64,000 nt of DNA from Gemmatimonadota bacterium. Lineage in GTDB: Bacteria; Latescibacterota; UBA2968; UBA8231. Shown in pieces: positions 17,804 through 27,504 of this stretch. The first letter of the stretch is position 1. Every line of letters starts with the position of its first letter. A program made the position numbers and the translations under genes. The notes beneath the pieces are model-generated. The model had not been told where the DNA came from. It was given only the letters and a program-made list of their open reading frames with translations, and made no database searches. The DNA lies in NCBI GenBank assembly GCA_038153405.1, contig JAYOYH010000002.1, positions 96,001-160,000 on the forward strand, given 5' to 3'.

Positions 17804-19714
17804 ATGGGCAAGGTTATAGGCATCGATTTGGGCACGACCAACTCGTGCGTAGCCGTGATGGACGGCGGCACCCCCGAAGTCATCTCCAACGCGGAAGGCG
17901 GCCGCACGACCCCGTCGATGGTCGCCTTTGCCAAAGACGGCGAGCGCCTAGTAGGCCAAACGGCCAAGCGCCAGGCCGTTACCAATCCGACCAAGACCAT
18001 CTTTTCGGTCAAACGCTTTATGGGTCGGCGCTTTGACGAAGTGGAAACGGAGATCAACGAAGTTCCCTATACCGTGGCAAAGGGCCCGCGCGACCAAGCC
18101 ATCGTGCGGATTGATGACAAAGACTACAATCCGCCGGAGATTTCGGCGATGATCCTGCAGAAGATGAAGCAGACGGCCGAGGATTTTTTAGGCCAGACCG
18201 TCGACCGGGCGGTAATTACCGTACCCGCCTATTTCAACGATTCGCAGCGCCAGGCCACCAAGGACGCCGGCACGATCGCCGGCCTCGAAGTCATGCGCAT
18301 CGTCAACGAGCCAACCGCCGCCGCACTGGCCTATGGCTTGGACAAAGTCGGCAGCAATGAGAAAATTGCCGTATACGATCTGGGCGGTGGCACGTTCGAC
18401 ATATCCATTCTCGAACTCGGCGATGGCGTATTCGAAGTCAAATCCACCAATGGCGACACCCACCTGGGCGGCGACGACTTTGACCAGAAGATCATCGACT
18501 GGCTCGCAGGGGAGTTTCAGAAGACCGAGGGCATTGATTTGCGCAAGGACCCCATGGCCCTGCAGCGCATGAAAGAGGCGGCTGAAAAGGCCAAGTGCGA
18601 GCTTTCCTCTTCCACGCAGACCGAAATTAACCTGCCCTTTATCACCGCTGACCAGTCGGGGCCCAAGCACCTGCAAACGAGCCTGAGTCGCGCGCAGTTT
18701 GAGCGCATCGTAGCCGATCTGGTCGAGCGCACAAAGAGACCGTGCATTCAGGCCCTAGCCGATGCCGAACTGTCCGCCTCCGAGATCGACCAAGTCATTT
18801 TGGTGGGGGGCTCGACGCGCATTCCCAAAATTCAGGAAACGGTTCGCGAAGTCTTCGGCAAGGAGCCACACAGAGGCGTCAACCCGGACGAGGTAGTCGC
18901 AATGGGCGCCGCCATCCAAGCCGGCGTATTGGCTGGCGAGGTCGAAGACGTGCTGCTGCTCGACGTAACCCCCCTGTCCCTCGGCATCGAAACGATGGGC
19001 GGCGTTATGACCAAGCTCATCGAGCGCAATACGACGATACCAACGAAGAAGAGTCAAGTCTTCTCCACGGCGTCCGACAATCAGCCCTCTGTCGAGGTCC
19101 ACGTGCTGCAGGGCGAGCGCGAGTTTGCCAACGACAACCGCAGCCTAGGCCGCTTCCACCTCGACGGCATCCCCTCCGCTCCGCGCGGCATGCCGCAAAT
19201 CGAGGTGACTTTCGACATCGACGCCAACGGCATTCTCAACGTATCGGCTAAGGATAAAGGCACCAACAAAGAGCAGTCGATTCGCATCGAAGCCTCTTCT
19301 GGCCTCGACCAGAGCGAGATCGAGCGCATGCAAAAGGACGCCGAAGCGCATGCCGGGGAAGACAAGAAACGCCGCGAGTCGGTCGACCGACGCAACGAAG
19401 CCGATCAGCTGGTCTACGCGACAGAGAAATCGCTCAGCGAGCACGGCGACAAGATCTCCGAGGAAGAGAAGAAAGCCGTCGAAGATGCGATTAACGCCTT
19501 GAAAAAGGCGCTTGAGGACAATGACGAAGAAGCCATTAAGAATGGCTTAGAAACGCTCCAGCAGGCCTCGCACAAGCTAGCTGAAGTCATCTACAAGGAC
19601 GCCCAAGCGCAGCAGCAGACCGCTGACTCCAACGGCGACCAAGAAGCGGCCAACGGCGGCGACGACGGCGCAGTCGATGCCGATTACGAAGTCGTGGAAG
19701 ACGACAAAAAGTAG
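17804..19714 (+). CDS. dnaK: Molecular chaperone DnaK (Hsp70)
   Basis: [45 protein letters not shown]-terminal VDADYEVV. Confidence 0.99.
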   Translation: MGKVIGIDLGTTNSCVAVMDGGTPEVISNAEGGRTTPSMVAFAKDGERLVGQTAKRQAVTNPTKTIFSVKRFMGRRFDEVETEINEVPYTVAKGPRDQAIVRIDDKDYNPPEISAMILQKMKQTAEDFLGQTVDRAVITVPAYFNDSQRQATKDAGTIAGLEVMRIVNEPTAAALAYGLDKVGSNEKIAVYDLGGGTFDISILELGDGVFEVKSTNGDTHLGGDDFDQKIIDWLAGEFQKTEGIDLRKDPMALQRMKEAAEKAKCELSSSTQTEINLPFITADQSGPKHLQTSLSRAQFERIVADLVERTKRPCIQALADAELSASEIDQVILVGGSTRIPKIQETVREVFGKEPHRGVNPDEVVAMGAAIQAGVLAGEVEDVLLLDVTPLSLGIETMGGVMTKLIERNTTIPTKKSQVFSTASDNQPSVEVHVLQGEREFANDNRSLGRFHLDGIPSAPRGMPQIEVTFDIDANGILNVSAKDKGTNKEQSIRIEASSGLDQSEIERMQKDAEAHAGEDKKRRESVDRRNEADQLVYATEKSLSEHGDKISEEEKKAVEDAINALKKALEDNDEEAIKNGLETLQQASHKLAEVIYKDAQAQQQTADSNGDQEAANGGDDGAVDADYEVVEDDKK

Positions 19715-19743
19715 TCGACGACAGGGCACGCCCAGAAAAGGCA

Positions 19744-19780
19744 AGCGGGGGATGCCGTGTGGCATCCCCCGCTCTTTTTT
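19744..19780 (+). terminator. Rho-independent terminator after dnaK
   Basis: AGCGGGGGATGCC-gtgt-GGCATCCCCCGCT-CTTTTTT. Confidence 0.85.
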
Positions 19781-19803
19781 GGGCGTGCTGTATACCCCTC
19801 GAC

Positions 19804-20841
19804 TCAGCCGTCGGCCGGCATGAACATCAGCTTAATGCCCTCCTGAGCTTCCGCCAGGGAAAACGCCTGCTCCCACTCGGACAGGCGCAGGTGGTGAGTA
19901 ATCAGCTTTTCGCTGGGAATCCGCCCGCTCTCCATCAAACGCAATGCGCGCTTCCAAGCCGGACGCCGCTGGCCGATTCCGCCGCTGACCTGCAGTTCCT
20001 TGTAGGCAATTTTCTCAAGGTCGATTTCGATGGGCTTGCCCGGCAACCCCATCAGCGACACGCGCCCCCGCTTGCGCACCAACTCCAGTGCCAGGCGCAT
20101 GGCCGGCGCCGCACCGGCGCACTCAACCACCACATCGGCTCCATAGCCGCCGGTCAACTCGCGCACCCGTTGCACCGCGTCGCAGGCATCGATATTGATG
20201 ACGTGTTGCACGCCCAACTCTTTGGCCAAACGCAGTCGTCGCTCGTCTCGTTCGGTGCCGAGAAGGACGACGGTCCCGCCCTCGGCCAGTGCCACCAGAG
20301 CCGCAAATAAGCCCACCGGTCCCGGACCGGTAATCGCCACGAAATCACCGGCAATCACACCGGCCTGTTCCGTGACGGAATGGACGCAGCAGGCGAGCAA
20401 CTCCGTCAATGCACCTGCCTCAAATCCGACCGATTCCGGCAGCTTATGCACAAAGGTCGCATCGCAGTAGGGTGCAAAGCACCCATCATGCCAGTAGCCC
20501 ATAACTTTGCGCTCGGGACACAGATTGTAGTGTTCGGACAGGCAGTAATCGCAGCGACCACAAATATCTATGCTCGGCTCGCCCGTGACGCGATCGCCCA
20601 GCGCAATGTGATCGCCCACCTCAGTCCCCTTGTCGACGACCACGCCACTGAACTCGTGTCCCATGACGACAGGCGTGCGGATAGTGTAGTTAATTGTGTC
20701 GTGATAGACGTGCAGATCCGACCCGCAAATACCCGTCGCACGCACTTCGATGCGCACCTGATTGGCGGGCAGAACCCGCTCTTCAACAGCCCGCAGCGCT
20801 ACGTGCCCACTGCCGCGGGCATATTTAACAATACCCTGCAT
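19804..20841 (-). CDS. Zinc-binding dehydrogenase (MDR; sorbitol/iditol/threonine dehydrogenase-like)
   Basis: GICGSDLH, MGHEFSG, structural Zn CGRCDYC...C, GPGPVG; start MQGIVK after AAAGGG. Confidence 0.9.
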   Translation of the reverse strand: MQGIVKYARGSGHVALRAVEERVLPANQVRIEVRATGICGSDLHVYHDTINYTIRTPVVMGHEFSGVVVDKGTEVGDHIALGDRVTGEPSIDICGRCDYCLSEHYNLCPERKVMGYWHDGCFAPYCDATFVHKLPESVGFEAGALTELLACCVHSVTEQAGVIAGDFVAITGPGPVGLFAALVALAEGGTVVLLGTERDERRLRLAKELGVQHVINIDACDAVQRVRELTGGYGADVVVECAGAAPAMRLALELVRKRGRVSLMGLPGKPIEIDLEKIAYKELQVSGGIGQRRPAWKRALRLMESGRIPSEKLITHHLRLSEWEQAFSLAEAQEGIKLMFMPADG

Positions 20842-21233
20842 TGCATATCCCTTTCTCCACACTGCGCGCATGGGCGGGCCCGACGAGCTCGACCAACACA
20901 GGCAATGAACGGTTCTCCAAACGACATAATACCGCGCCCAGCCATTTTGGGCCGGCGTTCTTGGCACTTTCGGCTGATTTACTTATCTTATTTTTTACTT
21001 ATAGATAAAATAGCCTTCTCCTTTATCTAACCAGTTCGCTTTATTCTCCTTATTGATATAAATTACCTTACGGAGAGAATAAGCAAGCGTTACAGTTGCG
21101 ACTTCTTGATCAGTTCGTACAAACAAGCAAAAAGAGCTTGGTTTTATTCGCTCTGAGGATCGACCATTGATTACTGTTGCTATACGAGTGCCTCACTCAC
21201 AACACTTGATCCTTTGATGAGTGCGATTCGGCT

Positions 21234-21788
21234 GTGACTATGCGCTGTCCATTCACCGTGCTTTTGGCGCTGGTGTTATCGACCGTGCTCTGTGCCCCAT
21301 CATCGGCCCAGGGTCCGTCAGAACACCAAGTCAAAGCTGCGTTCCTCTACAACTTTGCCAACTTCGTGGAGTGGCCTGTTTCTGCCCTTGACGATACATC
21401 GTCTATCGTCATCGGTATTCTCGGGGAAGATCCTTTTGGTCTGGCATTCGCCCCCTTTAAAGATCGCACCGTAAAAGGCCACCCCCTGCGCATAATCCGC
21501 TCAAAACGCCTGCAAGAACTCCCCTTTTGTCACATCCTCTTCATAAGTTCCTCAGAAGAAAAAAACCTACCGCAAATTTTTCATCACCTAGGCGATAAGT
21601 CCGTTCTAACCGTCGGCGAATCTCCCGGATTTGCCCAGCGCGGCGGCGCGGTCAACTTCGTGATGAAAAATAAAAAAGTGCGGTTTGAAATCAACCAGCA
21701 GCGGGCGACAACGGCCAACCTGAAGATCAGTTCAAAGCTACTCAAACTCGCAGATATAGTCGAGGGGGTTTCGGAGGGGGTTGACTGA
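21234..21788 (+). CDS. YfiR family (DUF4154) periplasmic regulator
   Basis: Signal peptide; EHQVKAAFLYNFANFVEWP, CHILFIS, VRFEIN, LKISSKLLKLA. Confidence 0.9.
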   Translation: MTMRCPFTVLLALVLSTVLCAPSSAQGPSEHQVKAAFLYNFANFVEWPVSALDDTSSIVIGILGEDPFGLAFAPFKDRTVKGHPLRIIRSKRLQELPFCHILFISSSEEKNLPQIFHHLGDKSVLTVGESPGFAQRGGAVNFVMKNKKVRFEINQQRATTANLKISSKLLKLADIVEGVSEGVD

Positions 21789-23200
21789 TGGTCTCCTTTC
21801 GCGACGTATCCATCAAGCGCAAGCTAACCACCATTATCCTGCTTTCAAGCAGCATCGCGCTCGTTCTGTCCTGTGCGGCACTGGCCACTTACGACTGGAT
21901 TTCCTACGAGCGTGCGCTCATTAACCGCATCCGCACAATGGCTGAAATCCTCGGCCTCAACAGCACGGCGGCACTGGCATTCGACAACGCACAAGACGCA
22001 CAAGAGACGCTCTCGGCCCTCCGCGTTAAACCGCATGTCGTCGCAGCCTATATATACGGCGCCGACGGCGGTTTATTCGCTACGTATTCGCCCACGGGAC
22101 AGGCCTTTACTCCTGCGAACCTGCGGGAAGACAACCACCACTTCGTCGATAACCAACTGCACCTGCTGCACATCATACAACTCGACGGGCTACAAGTAGG
22201 CTCGATCTACATCATAACGGATCTCAGCGAGATGCAAGACCGCCTACTGCGCTATGCTGGTATCGTTGCACTTGCCATACTCATCGCCTCGATCGGGTCT
22301 TTTTTGGTGGGTGCACGCCTGCGCGACCAAATTTCTACGCCGCTATTAAGCCTGGCGGCGCAAATGCGCATCGTCTCCAGCGCGCAGGACTACAGCGTGC
22401 GCGCTCAGAGTCACAGCCGCGACGAACTCGGCGAGCTGATTGACGGATTCAACGACATGCTGGAACAAATACAGGATCGCGACGCCGCCTTGATCCAGGC
22501 GCGCGACGACCTTTCGAAAAAGGCCGAAGAACTGCAGCTCGAACTGGTAGAGCGCCATCGCATTGAAGCACAGATAACGGCGTCGCTCGAAGAAAAAGAA
22601 GTGCTCCTAAAAGAGATACACCACCGCGTGAAAAATAACCTGCAGGTCATATCCAGCCTGCTCGACCTTCAGGCCAACAATATCCGCGACGAGCACACAG
22701 TAGCCATGTTCCGCGATAGCCAAAACCGCATCACTTCTATGGGGCTCATACACGAGCGACTCTATCAAGCCAGCGACCTGGCGCGCATTGAGTTTTCCGA
22801 ATACATCGCCGAGCTCACGCAAAGCCTATATCAGTCCTACTCCACCAACGCCCAAAACGTCCGTATGTCTACGACGGCGGAAACCATTTCCCTCGACGTA
22901 GACACCAGTATTCCTTGTGGCTTGATCATTAATGAATTAGTTTCCAACGCGCTCAAGTACGCATTCCCAGATGGACGAGAGGGATGCATTAACGTAGAGC
23001 TAGAGAAGTGCGAGGCGAACCAATTGCTGCTGGTTGTTAGGGATGACGGCATAGGCCTGCCGGAGGAATTCGACGCGAGCAAGACGCAGTCATTGGGTCT
23101 TAAGCTCGTGCACACGCTTGTCCGACAGCTGAGAGGCACGCTGGAAATCTCCAGTTCCCATGGAGCAAGATTTTCCATTCGCTTCCCCATCAAAAGCTAG
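21788..23200 (+). CDS. Membrane sensor histidine kinase (CHASE-type sensor, HAMP, HisKA_2/HATPase)
   Basis: 2 TM; AALAFD sensor motif; HAMP DELGELIDGFNDML; EIHHRVKNNLQ, NELVSNALKYAF, DDGIG, SLGLKLV. Confidence 0.92.
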   Translation: MVSFRDVSIKRKLTTIILLSSSIALVLSCAALATYDWISYERALINRIRTMAEILGLNSTAALAFDNAQDAQETLSALRVKPHVVAAYIYGADGGLFATYSPTGQAFTPANLREDNHHFVDNQLHLLHIIQLDGLQVGSIYIITDLSEMQDRLLRYAGIVALAILIASIGSFLVGARLRDQISTPLLSLAAQMRIVSSAQDYSVRAQSHSRDELGELIDGFNDMLEQIQDRDAALIQARDDLSKKAEELQLELVERHRIEAQITASLEEKEVLLKEIHHRVKNNLQVISSLLDLQANNIRDEHTVAMFRDSQNRITSMGLIHERLYQASDLARIEFSEYIAELTQSLYQSYSTNAQNVRMSTTAETISLDVDTSIPCGLIINELVSNALKYAFPDGREGCINVELEKCEANQLLLVVRDDGIGLPEEFDASKTQSLGLKLVHTLVRQLRGTLEISSSHGARFSIRFPIKS

Positions 23201-23218
23201 TGGCACAGGAGCGATGAG

Positions 23219-24823
23219 GTGTCGGCGAAACGCATTATGGTCGTCGAGGACGAGGCTATTGTAGCGCTCGATCTCCAGAGTAAGCTCGAGGATAAGGGCT
23301 ACGAAGTGCCCGCCGTCTTGGCCACGGGAGAAGATGCCATCAAGATGGCCGGGGAACTCTTGCCCGACCTAATCCTCATGGACATTAACCTAGCCGGCCA
23401 ACTAGACGGCACGGAGGCGGCCGAGCAAATACACCGACAATACGACATACCGGTAGTCTACCTGACTGCCTTTTCGGATCAGAAAACGCTCGAAAGAGCC
23501 AAGGGCGCAGCTCCTTTTGGCTACATGCTCAAGCCATTTGAGGAGAAAAAGCTCTATGCCACGATCGAAATCGCGCTTTACAAACACCAATCCGATCGCG
23601 AAAAAAAGCTGCTTGAAGCGCAGCTGAGCCAATCGAGAAAAATGGAGGCAATCGGTCGCCTGACGGCCGGCATGGCCTACCATTTTACCAATATTTTACA
23701 GGGCATACAGGGCAACCTCGACTTGGCCATGCTCAACGCTTCGGATCAGCTACGGCCCTTTCTCGACGCGGCCGACTACGACACACAGCGCGCGGCACAA
23801 GCCCTTAAACAACTGTTGGCATTTTACCATAGGGAAAATCTCCCGCACGCGTCCGTCGACGTGCGCTCCGTCGTCAGCGATGTCGCCGACACCTGTCGCA
23901 ACGTATTTGCCCGCAACCAGCGCCGCATGGTAGAGTTGAAAGTCGAGTCAGACGACGGCCCCATCGCCGTCTACGGCGATGCCAACCAGCTGCGCCAGAG
24001 CCTTTCCAACCTGTGCATCAATGCCCGCGATGCACTCGAAGCCCTACCCGCAGACGACGCGCGCACAGCGCGCATCGTGCTCGCATCTCGAGTAGTGGAG
24101 TTGCAAACGCTGCCGGCGTCGGCGCACGCACATGCCACGCCGGGTTCCTACGTGCAGCTGAGCGTAAACGACAACGGAATCGGCATGGACGACGAATCGC
24201 AAGAACACCTCTTCGAGCCGTTTTATTCGAACGTCGACATCGAACACGGAAAGGGTCTCAGCCTAGCGGCGACGTACTCGATCGTCAACGAACACCAGGG
24301 TTGGATAACGTGCGATAGCACGCCGGGACAGGGTACGACCATCTCTATCTATCTACCCGTGCAAACAGACCAACAGTTCGCGGCAGAACGCGCGCGTAGC
24401 TCCCCCGAAATCATCACCAGCGACGATGCAATCTTCGACACCGACAGGCTGCGCGGCGCGGAAAAAATTCTCATCATCGCCGACGGCGACCGCGGCCGCC
24501 GCGTCCTATCGGCCATGCTGGAACACCACGGCTACGATGTGCTCGTCGGCCTAGATATCCGCGACGGCCTAAACCTATTTGAGCTGGCGCACCATGACGT
24601 ATCGCTCGTTGTGCTCGACCTATCGCAAACCAGCAATTCCGCGCGCGAAATTCTCGACCAAATTATAGCTGTAGACCCAGATGCGCGCATCTTAGCGACG
24701 ACGGGCTACACGCAGGACAGCACGCCGTGGCGGGGCGCGCACGCCGTGCTCAACAAGCCCTTTAAGACCCACCACTTGTTGCGCACTGTGCGCCGTATCA
24801 TCGACGGGAATGCTAGCCCCTAA
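23219..24823 (+). CDS. Hybrid REC-histidine kinase-REC protein with atypical H-box
   Basis: N-terminal receiver VVEDE...LMDINL...KPF; SRKMEAIGRLTAGMAYHFTN; NLCINARDA, DNGIGM, FEPFY, GKGLSLA; degenerate C-terminal receiver. Confidence 0.85.
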   Translation: MSAKRIMVVEDEAIVALDLQSKLEDKGYEVPAVLATGEDAIKMAGELLPDLILMDINLAGQLDGTEAAEQIHRQYDIPVVYLTAFSDQKTLERAKGAAPFGYMLKPFEEKKLYATIEIALYKHQSDREKKLLEAQLSQSRKMEAIGRLTAGMAYHFTNILQGIQGNLDLAMLNASDQLRPFLDAADYDTQRAAQALKQLLAFYHRENLPHASVDVRSVVSDVADTCRNVFARNQRRMVELKVESDDGPIAVYGDANQLRQSLSNLCINARDALEALPADDARTARIVLASRVVELQTLPASAHAHATPGSYVQLSVNDNGIGMDDESQEHLFEPFYSNVDIEHGKGLSLAATYSIVNEHQGWITCDSTPGQGTTISIYLPVQTDQQFAAERARSSPEIITSDDAIFDTDRLRGAEKILIIADGDRGRRVLSAMLEHHGYDVLVGLDIRDGLNLFELAHHDVSLVVLDLSQTSNSAREILDQIIAVDPDARILATTGYTQDSTPWRGAHAVLNKPFKTHHLLRTVRRIIDGNASP

Positions 24824-24990
24824 CCACGGCCAATGCAGCCTGTACGGCCGCACCGCAAACGCCCTACGCCGCATACAAAGCTGACTGTGGTCCGTGCAGA
24901 CGCCGATCGGACGGGCCGCAGACTTGCTCCATTTACAGGGCAAACCTTATATTTTGCTCGCCCGCTTGCCCACATAGCTTCTTGTCGCAT

Positions 24991-25066
24991 GCCGCTTTAG
25001 CTCAACTGGTAGAGCACCTGACTTGTAATCAGGAGGTTACGGGTTCGATTCCCGTAGGCGGCTCCA
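24991..25066 (+). tRNA. tRNA-Thr (anticodon TGT)
   Basis: GCCGCTT acceptor arm, TAGCTCAACTGGTAGAGC D-arm, CCTGA-CT-TGT-AA-TCAGG anticodon arm, GGTTCGATTCC T-arm, encoded CCA; 76 nt. Confidence 0.97.
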
Positions 25067-25091
25067 TTTTATCCCCCACCACCCACGGCGG

Positions 25092-25874
25092 CTATTTCAG
25101 CACGGCGCGCGCTCTATCGGCCATCTCGCCAATACCAAATTGCAGCATCCGCACCGCCGCTCCAAAGCCGCCAAACTGCATGCCACACTGGTGCAATTTC
25201 TCCAGCATACTCGTTCCAACAAAGTGGCTACCGGCTATTTTGCCGTGCGTTCGACAGGCCTCGACGAGGCGCTCGGCCACCGCAAGGATGCGCGGATGTT
25301 CCACTTGTCCGGGCACGCCGAGCGCAATACTCAAATCGCCGGGCCCCATATAGAGCATGTCGACGCCAGGGACGGCCGCAAGCTCATCCAGGCAATCGAC
25401 CGCCTTCTGCGTCTCTATTTGCACGATAGTCAGCAGGTTCTCGTTGGCTTCCCGCATATACTCTACCAAATCTTCCGGTGCAGCAAACTCGTTGTGGGGC
25501 CGTGCAAAGTGGGCGCCGCGCTGTCCCAGCGGCGGGTACTTTGAATATTCCACTGCGCGCTCGACGTCGGCCACGGTATTGGCCATCGGCACCATGACCC
25601 CTTCGGCTCCCGCGTCGAGCGCCCGCATAATCTCTCCCCGGTCCGGGCCGGATACGCGCACGAGTGGACATACGCCCCAGCGCTTACCCGCATCGATTTG
25701 CTGGGCGATGTCCAGCGGATTCCAGTAGCCGTGTTCGTTGTCCACCAACATAAAGTCGAAGTGCGCCTGCTGCAGAAAGCGCGCCAGCGCCGGCGTGCGC
25801 AGTTCTACTACAAACGTTCCCATGGCAAAATGGCCCTCTTTGATGCGCTGGCGCACCGCAGCTGCTAATCGCAT
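25092..25874 (-). CDS. HpcH/HpaI family class II aldolase
   Basis: FDFMLVDNEHG, PLVRV, ALDAGAEGVMVP, YPPLGQRG, QIET, GPGDLS. Confidence 0.92.
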   Translation of the reverse strand: MRLAAAVRQRIKEGHFAMGTFVVELRTPALARFLQQAHFDFMLVDNEHGYWNPLDIAQQIDAGKRWGVCPLVRVSGPDRGEIMRALDAGAEGVMVPMANTVADVERAVEYSKYPPLGQRGAHFARPHNEFAAPEDLVEYMREANENLLTIVQIETQKAVDCLDELAAVPGVDMLYMGPGDLSIALGVPGQVEHPRILAVAERLVEACRTHGKIAGSHFVGTSMLEKLHQCGMQFGGFGAAVRMLQFGIGEMADRARAVLK

Positions 25875-25933
25875 AATTACTCCTTTGCAGTTTGTGCTTT
25901 ACTATTCTACAAGCCGCTTTTATTATAGCGCTT

Positions 25934-26695
25934 ATGGCTCATCTAACCCCATTGCGTCAGCCCCTCTTCTGGCTCGTACTCTTCCTATTTGCTGGCTCGA
26001 CAGACGCCGTGACGACCTATCGCGGAAGCGCGACCTATCTGACGGTCTGGGGCACTAATATCCGCTTTCCCACTTTCAACAAAGAGTTCAGTGAAGGAGC
26101 CGGCACCCTACGCGTGGGGGGCACCGAACAGCTCTTCCTCGATTCCGACAGCCAGGCGATCGGCCTGCGCCTCACGCGCGAGTATATTCGTCCGAATGGT
26201 TCCGGATTGGGCTTCTCCATTTCCGCCTGGCGCGGCTCGTTTGCCGATGAGGCCTTCCTCTACAAACAAGAGGGCAACGAACGCTTTATCGCCGAGTACC
26301 AAGACCCCAAACACACCTACCTCTTCGCCGATCTGCACTTCGCCCTGATACCGTGGGAATCGGACGCCAAAGCGCTGGGCTTATACAGCCTGTTTAGCCT
26401 CGTCGGCGATCGCGAAACCTATCGCATCGAGCGCTATGCGCTGCGCGGCACAGATCCAACCCGCAGGGAGCGCAGTTCAGCACAGCGCAGCCACAGCGCA
26501 CTGCGCTTCGCCTTCGGCTTTGGCACGCGCCTGCACCTAGTTAAGCATATCGCCCTATGGCTGGAAAAGCGCTGGATCGTCGGCGAGCGCTTTGGCGTCG
26601 GCCAGACGCTCGGCGAGGGCGGCCTGTTTGAAGGCGGACGCCAGAAAACGCTCTACGTCCCCTTTAACTCCCTCGGCTTTTCGCTGGCATTCTGA
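25934..26695 (+). CDS. Hypothetical secreted protein, probable small outer-membrane beta-barrel
   Basis: Signal-peptide-like N-terminus, alternating hydrophobic strands, C-terminal LGFSLAF. Confidence 0.6.
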   Translation: MAHLTPLRQPLFWLVLFLFAGSTDAVTTYRGSATYLTVWGTNIRFPTFNKEFSEGAGTLRVGGTEQLFLDSDSQAIGLRLTREYIRPNGSGLGFSISAWRGSFADEAFLYKQEGNERFIAEYQDPKHTYLFADLHFALIPWESDAKALGLYSLFSLVGDRETYRIERYALRGTDPTRRERSSAQRSHSALRFAFGFGTRLHLVKHIALWLEKRWIVGERFGVGQTLGEGGLFEGGRQKTLYVPFNSLGFSLAF

Positions 26696-27206
26696 TCCAC
26701 TCGGCCAAATCCCACCACGGTTTATCGTCCCAAAAGCCCCGCGCAGCACCCGACGTAGACGGCAGGGTAAAAATGCGCGTCTCGGCAATGGTCTCCGACT
26801 GCAACCCATATTCAACTGGCTTACCCAAGAAGAGCGAGGCCGGGCGCTTGCCATTGAACGCCAGCGCCCGCGGCGCCCAGCGCTCTATTTTCGCGCGCAG
26901 CAGCGACGCATCGTAATCGGATGGGCGCAGTGCAGCGTCCGCTCCAGAAACCCGCTTGGCCAAATCCGTCAGACCAATGCCATAGTGAATCACTTGGGCA
27001 TAGGCGCTAGGATCCAACGCGACGGGCACCAATCCGCTGGCGTGGAGCACGTGCCAGAAGCGGTTGCCTGGCCCCGCGTAATAGGCCTCTGCCTGCGCCG
27101 AGCGCATGCCAGCTGCTGACCCGCAAAAGACCACGTCCAACCCCGACTGCAATACATCGGGCAGCGCGTCGGCCAGATGCACCCACCGATCAGCCATGCG
27201 GTCCAT
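26664..27206 (-). CDS. mug: G/U mismatch-specific DNA glycosylase
   Basis: LPDVL..GLDVVFCG, YYAGPGNRFW, GIGLTDL, LPSTSG. Confidence 0.9.
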   Translation of the reverse strand: MDRMADRWVHLADALPDVLQSGLDVVFCGSAAGMRSAQAEAYYAGPGNRFWHVLHASGLVPVALDPSAYAQVIHYGIGLTDLAKRVSGADAALRPSDYDASLLRAKIERWAPRALAFNGKRPASLFLGKPVEYGLQSETIAETRIFTLPSTSGAARGFWDDKPWWDLAEWIRMPAKSRGS

Positions 27207-27504
27207 GTAGCGATGGATTTTTCACACCCCAGTTCACCGCATTATACTCCATCTGCTCTCCAGCGACCATGGGCAAAAACAAAATCTTTCCACAAGGCGG
27301 CACAATATAGCCAACGCGGTCAACTGAGCCCAGCGGCGCTCCGACGGCCTTACCCGACAAACGGCGCAGGGCAGAAAAGCAGGGCGACCAAACCGTTTGC
27401 CGTTAGCTCAAACGGGCTTTCGCCTCCGCGCTATTTACTGCGTATATTTGCCCCACTTTTCAACGGTCTTCGATATTCACTGCAAACGCTTAGGAGCGCG
27501 CCGA

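Noticed and set aside
24991..25100. tRNA-Thr as an integration site
   Set aside because: No integrase nearby and I found no duplicate of the tRNA 3' end in the window
24982..25353. ORF beginning MSHAALAQLVEHLTCNQEV
   Set aside because: Translation of the tRNA-Thr sequence
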